The notes under the pieces are model-generated. The model worked only from the letters and a program-made list of their open reading frames with translations. It ran no database searches and was not told the origin of the DNA. A stretch of 64,000 nucleotides of DNA from the human T2T-CHM13v2.0 reference genome, Homo sapiens, in assembly GCF_009914755.1 (NCBI RefSeq), contig NC_060933.1. One strand, written 5' to 3'. The translations under genes were made by a program, and so were the position numbers. Below, piece after piece: positions 1-12,428 of this stretch. Numbering within the stretch: position 1 is the first letter of the stretch; every line of letters starts with the position of its first letter.

Positions 1-225
<225 letters not shown>

Positions 226-880
226 CTATGTAAATGGTCCTGTACTTTTTCTAGTTATCAATATGAGTGATTTTTAATAGCTACAGATTATTCCAGCAAA
301 TGAATGTACCATAATTCATCTGATTTCCTACCAATGAAAATCTTGCTATTAATCACTGATTATGCTCCTAGGATACATTCTCAGAAGTGAAAATATCTAG
401 TTCACAGGATACGAACAGCTTCCTGCTCTCTAAGCCCCCTGCCCAGCAGACTCGGAGGGGCCCGCACAGTACACATTCAGCACTGACTAACGAGAAGGCC
501 GGCTCGCGCGGCTCCCTCCCCTTCAGCCTCTGTCAAGTGTTGTCAGGACCCCCACCCCTTTGTTTAAAGCTCTCAACACAAATGGCTCTTAATTTTGGTA
601 AAGAGAGTCAAATTACTCACTGACAGATGAACTAACAGTCACCGCTTGAATATCTAGGCTGTGGTTTTACATTGTGATTTCATTTACATGCTCAACTTCC
701 TTGGGAGGCAGATACTGTTATCCATATTTTGCAGATGAGGAAGCTGAGGCTCAGATTTTAAACAAGTCAGCCAAAGCCACGTAGTCAATGATTGCATGAC
801 CTGGGACTCCCACCCAGGACTGTAATGGCCCCAGAGAAGCCACCGAGACACGATGGAACAGGAGGATGGTGGCGGCTCAC

Positions 881-1064
881 CTAGTGTTTCACAGCTTGTG
901 TTCCGGGAGCACTGCCCACTGTCCCTGTCCAGAGAGGACAGCTGCTCGTCTGACTTGCTGAGCTTGCCTATGCTGCTGCAGGGGGAGAGGCGGGGCGACT
1001 CTCCACCATATGAGTGGCTGCCTCCTGACAGTCGCCTCTGTGCGTAACAGTCAACATCAAAATC
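881..1064 (-). CDS. RAPGEF1: RAPGEF1 exon 9, 184 bp, DFDVDCYAQRRLSGGSHSYGG...SRNTSCETL(D)
   Basis: cttgag|GAT acceptor after long T tract, G|gtgagc donor; phase 0 to 1; matches C3G. Confidence 0.95.
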
Positions 1065-1516
1065 CTCAAGTGGAAAAAGAAAAACAAAGCCAAATCACTT
1101 CTGAGAAACGGTGGCACAGACCAGGGGTGAGGCAACCGGTGCATTTACTTAGAGAAGGAAATACTGCCAGGCGAACTCAGAAACCACCTCTGACGTCAGT
1201 AGTCGAAGGACACATACAGCTGAGAAGCAGCCATCTGGAGTTTGTGGGGGGTGTGGCCAGGGAGGGCCCTGGGGCTGGACTCACCTATCCCCAGGAGACG
1301 CCCTTTGGCTCTGCCCTCCCTGCCCTGACCCTTATCCCCATATGGGAACTTGGACCGTGTCCTGGAGAGAGAGGGATGGGTACAAGGTCTCGCACTCCTC
1401 GATGTGACAAACACCAGCGCCTGAAGACCATGGGTTTCTTTCAGCTTCAGGAGCCACATCCCTGAGCCCCCCACCCCCTCCCTGCCTTCCCATGCAGGGA
1501 ACAGGGGCTGCATTAC

Positions 1517-1640
1517 CTGCCTATTGATTCCAACAGGCAAACTGGAGCCACTGGTGGCTCGGCTCATGGGGGCCACCACAGCCACTCGGGTAGGGGACGG
1601 CGCCGACTGTCTTTTCTTGGGTGGCAATGCTGGTGGAGGA
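1517..1640 (-). CDS. RAPGEF1: RAPGEF1 exon 8, 124 bp, PPPALPPKKRQSAPSPTRV...GINRQ; Crk/CrkL SH3-binding motif
   Basis: tttcag|T acceptor, CAG|gtaatg donor; PxLPxK motif PPPALPPKKR. Confidence 0.97.
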
Positions 1641-2069
1641 CTGAAACAGACCGAAACGTCCAGGCAGACCAAACCACACTCACCAAAGCTCTTCAGCGTG
1701 ATATTGGGGTACAGGATGTGGGGTTCTTTCATTACTAGACTCTCCACACCCAATGTTCACACTTCAACTCCTGCCTACTCCCCTCCGCCAAAATAAAACC
1801 TGTAAATACCAAATGAACAAAAAAGAACAACCCTTTCTTTTTCTTTCATAATAAATCATACCATGTCTCCCTGGGCTGAGGGCACAAGGAGGCCTTCAGG
1901 AGAGCTCAGGGTGGCCAGCGAGGGCCGGCGGGGTGGGGACAGCTCCAGAGTCAGCCTCCCAAGGGGGGCCAAGCCCTCAGCGCTGAGGGGAAAGGGCCCG
2001 AGCCCTGTCTTCCTCCCTTTCTTTCTCATTCTGCCATGGGAGGCACTGGACAAATAGGAAGGTAATTAC

Positions 2070-2222
2070 CTATTATCAACCACCCGAATGCCAGGCAGAG
2101 GAGGCTTGGGGGGCGCGACCTCTTCATCCGTGGCATCTGGGAGGAGCTCAGTTGACTGTGACATCCCAGTCGTCTTGTTTAGGATCTCTACCTCGCGGTC
2201 TGTCAGGGGGAGCTCTGCTGGG
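2070..2222 (-). CDS. RAPGEF1: RAPGEF1 exon 7, 153 bp, PAELPLTDREVEIL...APPKPPLPGIRVVDN(S); contains a proline-rich motif
   Basis: ttctccag|C acceptor, AG|gtaatt donor; symmetric phase 2-2. Confidence 0.95.
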
Positions 2223-2476
2223 CTGGAGAATTGGGAAGAACTTGGGGTTACAGAAGGTCAAAGGCGGGACAGAGCACACACAGGCCCTGAGAGGGTGAGG
2301 ACGTGACCAGGAAGAACACAGTGGGTGAGGTGGGGCTGAAGAGCAGGCTCCCTGGATATAGAACCCTGGGGTTCTGGTTTGGTTGCTAATGAGCTACTGG
2401 AGCTTGGCTGTGCCCCCAACTTTGCACCTCAATTTCCTCATCTGAAAATGATCTAAGGGTTCTCTAAAATGCTCCA

Positions 2477-2770
<294 letters not shown>

Positions 2771-3203
2771 GCTCCAAATTTATGTTTTATATTTTCACCA
2801 GGAGCTTGGAGTAGAGATGAATATAAACCTTTACAACCATCCATGTCATCCTCAGTTTACTCTTGATCAAACAAGAGTGCTCTCAAGTCAAAGCACCCAA
2901 ACCCAAGCCTTTAAAAGTTCTTTGTCATTATGAAACGAAGCTGCCCAGGAAAAGCACTGGTATGTGTCACTGGACGCGCTCACAGAAGATCCTTGGAAAC
3001 AGTCATGCTGAAGGGTAAACTTGAGACAGGGCAATACTTCAAGCCTGTGTGAAATATACACACACTGCTAACCACTGAAAAAGGAATATGGGCCTCCAGC
3101 AGCCCACCCTCATGCTGCCCACCCCCCCGGGCCCTATCCTTGTCAAGTGCAGACTTTGCCACTGAGCGTGACACCCGCGACACGAGGGTTAGTCAGCACC
3201 TAC

Positions 3204-3292
3204 CCATCAGGCTTGCTGGCAGGGGAACTGGGCTTCACGGGGCTCGTCGGAGACGGACGTCCCTGCTTCTCGATGGTGAGCCTGACCAGCTC
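3204..3292 (-). CDS. RAPGEF1: RAPGEF1 exon 6, 89 bp, ELVRLTIEKQGRPSPTSPVKPSSPASKPD(G)
   Basis: gggggtag|GAG acceptor, GG|gtaggt donor; phase 0 to 2; matches C3G. Confidence 0.94.
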
Positions 3293-3914
3293 CTACCCCC
3301 ACAAGAAAAAGGCAATGAGCAAAGCTCCCGTCACCACTGAGTTTCCACCAGAAGGCAGGCAGGTGCTGTCTGTCCTCTGCTGCTGAGTCTCATTTCTGTG
3401 CCTACAGATTCCCCACGCACCATAAACGCAAGTATCACTTGCCTTAGGTAATCTGCATGACTTCCCAAATGTCCCCTGCCCTCCAAAAATACCTTCATGG
3501 CATGTCAAGTTTCAAATGCGTAAAGGCACTTCCTCTTGGAAGGGGAAATGGCAAACCCCAGCCTCTCAAAATGATTGTTTATCACACAAATTAAAATACT
3601 CATCAGAACAGGTTCCCAGTCAGTTTGTTGGGGAATAACTCTGTTCCTAGTTCTCTAAAGCCATTAGATCATATGCACGATGATGGCATGGGTGGTTTCC
3701 CAAGGCGAGCTGGCCACAGGTGTGGTGGAGCTGCTAGCTGGTGGGGGTGGGGTGAGGGCTGGCTGGGATCCTTGTCAATGGAGAGGGAGTTAAGGGGAGA
3801 TAACCCAGCAAAGAAATCACTTTAGAACCATTAACTGAGAAAAACAGAAAAGAAAAATAGCCTTTTTCAAATCGTAGCAAAAGAAAAAAAAGGGAAGACA
3901 TAAGTGCCCATGTG

Positions 3915-4340
3915 TTTTTTTTTTTAAATTAGAATGCATTTTTTCCCAGTTTGATGAGTTTTGACAACTGCATATACCCAAGTAAGCGCCACTAAAAACA
4001 CAAAGAACATTTCTATCACCGTCTCCAGCCAATCTGCCCCGCCCCAACTGTTTAACTTCTATTATCATAGATTACTTTTGCCTGTCCTAGAACTTGATAT
4101 AAATGGAACCATATCATACATACACTTTTGTGTCAACCTTTTTAAAAACAGCTTTATGGATATATAACTCATATGCCATTAAATTCACCCATTTAAAGTG
4201 TACGATTCAGTGGTTTTTAGTCTGTTCACAGAGTTGTGTGACCATCAACACAATCAATTTTAGGACTTCTCATCACCCCATAAGGAAGCTCCGCATTCCC
4301 CTCGACCCCCAGCCCCTGGCAGCTGCCAATCCATTTCCTG
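3915..4340 (-). mobile_element. Old L1 (L1M-type) 3' fragments
   Basis: Reverse L1M 3'-end-like text (ttcacccatttaaagtgtac, cagagttgtgtgaccatca). Confidence 0.65.
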
Positions 4341-4955
4341 TCCGCACATCTTTGCCTGCTCCGTCCCCCGAGCTCAGCGTCAACAGCTGTGCTTCGTGTG
4401 GGCGAGGCGCCTGCTGCTCGCTGCCAGCAGTGTTCCCACTCGTGGATGCACCACAGCTTCTCCCTCCACCTTCCTGTTGCTGGACATCTGGCCTGGCCAG
4501 GGCCTGCATGTGTGTGATGAGGGGCTTCCAGGCTTTCAGCAGAAAGCTGTTTCCAAGTTACAGAGGAGGTGGCAGCGGATGCCAGTGGGCAACACAGTAA
4601 CCAGAGACCCTGAACCAGCGGCTGCCAAGCCTCTCCAGACTCAAAAAAGCACCACACACAAAAAAGGCAGCGTATGCTGCAAATAAGGCAAAGAGTCAGT
4701 TACCATCCTTTCCAGCGCAAGGGTTCTTTCGAAAACAAAAAAACTAGAAGGTGAACACGCCGAAAAAAATATCAAACAAGAAATTTACAGATACCAATGG
4801 TCAATAATCATAAGACATTCACCACCTTGGATGGTAATAAAATAGAAACTTCCAGACATGGTAGGTGGGAGCACCACTTCAGACTCAGCCTCTCCAGAGG
4901 GATGACTTATCAGTATATATCAAAAGCCTTAAATATTTGCATTATGAGAATTTTG

Positions 4956-5420
<465 letters not shown>

Positions 5421-6947
5421 CCTGTCCAAGAAAAATGTCATGAATGTGTGCAAAAATTAAACCACAAAAGATGGTTATCACAGAATATACATAAGATTAC
5501 GTATCATTAATGTGGTAATTTTGAATAGTTCAACATCCCACAATTAAATATTTGATAATATGTATCAATTACATAAGTCATGATAGAACCAGACAATGGG
5601 CTGACCATTACGTTGTTATTAAAGACAAAGTCACAACAAGAATATGCACTGTATCGTGGAAAGATGCTGTAATACACTGAGTGGAAAAACAGTTCTAGGT
5701 GATATGCTGGTTTATATTGCACGTTTTGTAAACAAAGCCAAATCAAGAATATATGTAATACAAAAAATATGGCTATGAAACACCCTTTTATCTTGTTCTT
5801 TTTCTATTTTCTAAATTTTCTGAAATGAACATATATTACTTCTGAAATAATAATTAAACAAGCAACCCCGCCCCCCAAAATTAAATGCATATATCAAACT
5901 CTTGGGCTCAAGTGATCCTCCTACTTTGGCCTCCCAAAGTGCTGGGATTACAGGTGTGAGCCACCACGCTCAGCCAGGCATATCCACAGATGCAGGTTCA
6001 GTGTTACCCTACTCTGTGACAGGTGTTACCCCATTCAGATGTCTATTCTTGAAGAAATGTGGAGAAGCAAAATCTCTAAGAGCCAAGTACTAGCAAGAAA
6101 GGAGAACCTTAATACTTGCATGTTAGCACAATTTAGAAGTTAATATTTAAGGGACAGCCATCTAGCTGGTGATTACAAACAGGACAAGATGGAGGAGGAG
6201 AGACTACACAATCAGTGAAGAGAGCAGTTAGAAAAGAGGCAGCTCCCTTGCACCCTACCGCCTGGAGGAGGGAGGACGGTGGGAGAAGCAGCTCTTCCTA
6301 AAAGCACAACGCCAGGCCCCAAAGAGGAGCATCACGGCCTTAGAGGGAGTTAAAGAGCGCCAGAACACAGTGCCCTGGATGCCCCACTTTCAGATTCACT
6401 CTTCTTTACAAGCAGGGCAAAAGGAACAGAGAGAAGTCTGTGTTGTTTGCATCTGTTGATACAGGAAAACATTCCTGGTTCTTCATTGATTCATGAGCAA
6501 TTATAATTAGATCGTCATCTTTCTGGAGAGGCAGCTGTGAACTCAACTAATGAACAATGGCAAAACAATCCTGGAATGACAGGCACACATGTGCAGACAT
6601 GTGCCCAAATTCAAAGATGACGTCATGATCCCAATGACGCTCCCTACACTAGCTCGCGTGGCCTAGGCTTGAAAAGACTATAAAAGGGGCGGGCTGCTTT
6701 TTAAATTTACCACCTATCTCCCTGCCTAGACAGAAGGTCTTTAGTCTTGACTTGCCTTAACTATCACAGAGGAGAAACCTTAAAATGTGCACATATCTGG
6801 CTACTGTGCTAACACCCTAATCTCATTGAAAGTTGACCATTTATAATTTGGCATGAGCCCAACACCTCCTACTGAAGGTAGAATTTTTTGAGAGGGATGT
6901 CAGACTTTTTAATTGTCCTGAGGCACGAGTTAGAAAAGACTGAAAAA

Positions 6948-7238
6948 GGCCAGACGTGGTTGCTCATGCCTGTAATCCTAGCACTTTGTGAGGCCGAGGC
7001 AAGTGAATCACTTGAGCCCAGGAGTTCAAAACCAGCCTGGGCAACATGGTAAAAATCTGCCTCTACAAAAATTAGTTGGACGTGGTGGCATGCACCTGTG
7101 GTCCCAGCTACTCCGGAGGCTGAGGCTGGAGGATTGCTTGAATCCAGAAGGCGGAGGTTGCAGTGAGCAAGATTGTGCCATTGTTGCACTCCAGCCTGGG
7201 CGATAGAGTGAGACTGTCTCAGAACAAAAAGAAGAAGA
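6948..7238 (+). mobile_element. Alu (AluJ-like)
   Basis: Dimeric Alu with decayed tail. Confidence 0.9.
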
Positions 7239-7398
7239 GACTACTCTAGAGTCTATGTCTACAGCAGTGACTGGAAACTGCCGACTGGTCACTGAAAATC
7301 AGTTTTCAAAAGTCAAAAACGGTATTTGGAAAAGTAGCTCTCCAAATATGTAATACTTTATTTCCATGTTCATTTTATTCATACTGAAAATGATCATA

Positions 7399-7700
<302 letters not shown>

Positions 7701-9904
7701 GAAAATGATCACAGAGAAGGAAGGGCTTAAATAACAGTTGACAAGTCAAAATACAGCTCTGGTGCTCAAGTAACACAGTAAATTACCTGGTGAAGTTGGG
7801 AAGAGGTGGGGTACCGATTTCAAAAGGTCATGCTGGGATATCTCTTTGGCCTCGAGTGGCTCGGCCCCCCAGCATCCAGGTGCTAGGCTGGGTGTGGTTC
7901 TCAGAGAAAAACATTGAGGGTCTTTAAATTCCTCAGATTTCCTTCCTTCAAGAGTCATAATCAGCTCTGAGCTACAGGCTCCCGGTGGAAAAGCAGCCCC
8001 AGAGCCAGATGAGGGGACAGGGGTCTATCTTTTACCTGAGATGATAAGACTACCTGGAAAAGAGCCATAATCACTGTCAAAAATGGTCACTGTGAGCCGT
8101 TAGAAATGAACACTTCTCCAGGTAACACTGTTTCCCCACTGCCTCCTGGTCACCTAGTTCTTACCAGGTACTTTATATACTTTATCTTACTGAATTTCCT
8201 CAAATCTTCAGGGTAAATATTTTAAAACCTACTTGAAACTCAGGGAAGTAACTTGCCCAAGGTTATACAGCTTGAACAAGTGGCATTTATGTGGAGGTTT
8301 AAATGATAAATGCTACCACGCATTCAGGGACAAAACCAAAGTAATCCTGTTTTACAACCCATGTTCAATCATTTGAAAAAAAAAAAAAGAGGAAAGACTC
8401 CCTTGAACAACTGAATGGGTTACGTAAACAACGGTGAGTCAGTGTAAGAACGTCCAACGCCCCTCCTCCAAGTGGGCTGACAACATCCTCATGAGTGCAT
8501 TTCCCTTCTGCACAGCTCCAGTCCCTCCCAGCTGGGGGAGGCTCTCTCACGCCACCAGGGCATGGGCTTTTAAGGTGTCCCAGGCCTGAAAGGGACGGTG
8601 AGAGAGGCTGGAAGCCAGCTAGCTTGGAGGTGGGAGTGCAGAGAATCCTGTCCTCCCATGGGAGGCAGCAGCTCAGGGTGTCATGGTGCACAGGAGCCGG
8701 GGAGGGGGCAGCAGGTTGGGGGTGGGAATCACAGCCTTGCCACTGACTACTGCTCCACCTGAGCCTGAGTCTCCACACCTGTGAAAGGGGCAAGGGGCAG
8801 CCATTTATGCCTATTATGGAGGGTTGTCATGAGTATTAAGTGAGGACAGTGTACAAAAAGCACCCCATAAATGTTAGCTGTTATTACTATTAGACAATAA
8901 CAACAAATGCCAGCGTCACAGTGTCTCGATCACTCTCACTGTCTGTAATGACTCCAGCACGAAAAGCTCCCAGCCACAGGCAGCTCCTGTCCATCCTCCA
9001 GATGCTGGCCTGTCTCTTCCTTGGGGAAGCGTCTCTGACCACCCTGAGAAAGGAAGGTCATCATACCCTTTCATCACACCCTGTGCCATCTTCCTTGGCA
9101 GCGCTATACCACATGGGTGTGCCTTTGTGTTTACGGTCCTGCCCCCCTTAGACTGTAAGTGCCATAGGGCAGGGTCTGTGCCAGCTTTGCTCATATTTCC
9201 TATTATCTCTCATTGCCTGGCATATAGAAGGTTCTCACTAAATGCTTCTTGAATAAATGAAACAAAACTGAATTTGTAAAGCTTCTCACCTAGAGAATCT
9301 TTGTTCTGGCTAAAATATTTTTAAAGCAATTGTGGAAAAGTCATTTGCTCTGACATTGACAAGTTCATAACCTATAGGTTTCTCTCTCCTTTTTTTTTCC
9401 CCAGTCACTTTGAAAAATCAAGGAAATTTTTCTTTCAGACATGCCTTTCTACTAATGAAGTGGTGCTGTAATGACTCCATAGAGGAAATGTACTTGGGAC
9501 TGCCACAGAGCTTTATGAGTGGAAACTCATTCTCCTCTGTTTTGGCTGCTCTAACTTGTGAACATCTCATCAGAATCAATTCGATAGAAGGAAACCTTAA
9601 CAATGTTACCTGAAGAATAACAATTTTCAATAATAGCATTTTCAGAAGCCTAGACAGGAACAGCAGGGGTGGGTGGGCCAGAGTGACTCAGGGCTGCTGA
9701 TAAAGCCCCAGGCCACGTTCCACTCTGCTCTGCTGAACCCAGTGTGCTACTGTGAGGACCAGATATGATAATGTACGTGCCTGTCCTCCAAATCCTGGAA
9801 AGGGCCATCAGCTCTGATCACAACAGCCACCCTGGGCTACATCCTTGAGTCTCGCTGCCCTAAGCAGATACTAGTAACTTTTTGGAATGAAGGGAACATG
9901 GGGA

Positions 9905-10220
<316 letters not shown>

Positions 10221-11595
10221 TCAGAGGAAAATATTGATGTCATCTAGGCAAGCCCCTTTTACATGAACTCTATGGCCCCAGCAGACACGTCAGCCTCCCC
10301 TTAAATGCTGCTGGGGTTGGAGGGCCACCCAGATGTCCTGGCAAACACATATTTCATTCTGGAGCAATTTGCAATGCTGAGCAATGCTTTCTCAGCCTCT
10401 CTCTATAATTTAAGTCCTTTGGGGGTCCTTATTCTACTCTCCAGAGCTGCTGGGGAATGTTAAGCCAAGGAGGCAGTTTTCAGGAATTTGTTAGCCTCGT
10501 TGAGTGGGAAGGAATTTTTTTTGACCTGGGGTAAACACCTCAGCTATAATTTTGGATTGAGGGGTCCAGAAAGGAGAGGGACACAGGTTTTTCAAGCCAA
10601 GAGATCTGTTTACAAAGCATGCATCTAGCACCACATAATTAATAATAAATAGCAGCTAAGGCCTGACTGCTCCGTATGTGCCAGGTGCTGTTCTAGAAGC
10701 ATTATGTGTATTGACTAGTGTAATCTTCCCTATAACCCTGAGATGCACGATGCTATTATTATACCTATTTCATAAAAGAGTTACTTAAGGTGCAGAGCAG
10801 TTGAGTAAACTGTTCAAGTTCATAGACTACGAAGTGGTGAACTTGGGATTCAAATCTAGCCAGGTGCTAAGGCTGGCCCCTTTCTACTACATTATATGGC
10901 CTCACACAACAGCGGGGTTTCCACTGTCCTGCTGCCTGCAGCCCTGGCCCTGACCCAAAGGCCCTTACCTGGTTCATGTCCAACATTCTGTCTTGCTTCC
11001 CATCCGCTAGGACTTATTTTCTCTATTAGGATTTGTCCCCCTGACCCCAATTCCAGACCTTCTATGGCCTTTGCTTCCCATCTTAACTAGGATTCACAAT
11101 TTCTTATGCTGTTTCTGACTTCTCTGGATAGCAAATACACAGACCACATCATGGATATCAAGTAAATACAGAAAGTTCCATTTCTTACTCATCTCACTCC
11201 TGCTTTTCTACCAAGAATCCTAGAAGCTCCCAGAACATGAAAAGGTAGTGCTGATATGACATGCTGGGAGCTTTGCTTAAAGTCATTGTGAAAACGATCT
11301 CCATTGCATTTTGTCTAGCTGGCAAGCATGCTCAGCCAGCACGATGCTACGAAGACTCACTAAGATTTAATGCAGTGCTCAGTAAGGGCTGACTGCTCTA
11401 GACAGCTTTTCCCTAAGAGCCATTCGCACCAGTCCTGAGAGAAGTAAGTAGTTATGGGATAGAGCGCACCAACACCAGAGACGCAGAAAGACATTCTAAT
11501 GTTTGAAGGTCAGGAGCAAGCTCTTATGTGACAAGCACCAGCAGGCAGGCTGCTCTAAGTCCCTGACTGGGACTGTCTGGAACCTGCACCGGTAC

Positions 11596-11752
11596 CTTCA
11601 CTCCATCCAGCACAGCCTTGATGACCCCCTTCACAGTCGTCACCATCTCCTTGTCTTCTGAGTTCACGCCTTCCAGCATCACTTGGTCAGACCAGCGAAT
11701 GAGGTTGGCGAGGCTTTGGTACACTCGGCTATAGCAGGAAGAGAGGGCTGAG
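11596..11752 (-). CDS. RAPGEF1: RAPGEF1 exon 5, 157 bp, SALSSCYSRVYQSLANLIRWSDQVMLEG...KAVLDGVK
   Basis: ccctgtag|C acceptor, AAG|gtaccg donor; phase 2 to 0; inside ORF 11524..11925. Confidence 0.96.
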
Positions 11753-12397
11753 CTACAGGGAAGAGAAGAATGGAAAAAAAGAAAATCTAAAGCATGACCA
11801 TCACTTAGCACAGAGCCAGCTTCTCGGTGACAAGGGTGTGTTTCTCCAACTTTCTTTGTGCAAAATCCATACTGCCTTTTAATAAGCAAACTTCTCCCAT
11901 GAGACTTTTTCCATACATCCAACAAAGATTTTGTGGAGCTTTATATTCTAATCTGTGTTTCAAAATTTTTTTCATTTCCCAAATGTAACATTACAAAAAT
12001 TCCACCACGATAGTTAAGATGCTTTTTCAAACTTCACATCCTTCTACAAGATTCTGATCACATCTCTCAAGGAGTGCCCCATCTTCCCCTCCTTCTAGCT
12101 GCTAATCACTAGACCAGGTCCAAGCAGTGTATACTGATTGTTAGCAATTAGAATCAAATCTATTTTAGATGTGCCACAAGGAGCCGACAGGTTTGCGGAA
12201 TTTTAACAGTCATGAGCTCAAAACAGGTCTGCAGTTTATTAGAATTCCTCCGTCACGGGGCCAGCTTCATCATCTTCTGCACTATAACGATGAGACAGAC
12301 GTCAGGAGCGCACGAATGAAGACTATTTTGAGAATAGCAAATCAGGGGTGACGGGGCCTGTGATGGTGGTGGGGATGTGAGGATGGGAACGCAGGTG

Positions 12398-12428
12398 AGT
12401 GTGTGTGTGTGTGTGTGTGAGAGAGAGA
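12398..12428. repeat. (GT)n(GA)n compound microsatellite
   Basis: gtgtgtgtgtgtgtgtgtgtgagagagaga. Confidence 0.9.

Noticed and set aside
1196-1753. 185-aa ORF as a standalone protein
   Set aside because: Only 1517-1640 is exon 8; the rest is intronic read-through
12385-12420. Strong + strand donor CAG|GTGAGT followed by GT repeat, possible antisense exon
   Set aside because: No matching acceptor or transcript evidence; the GT microsatellite itself generates donor-like text
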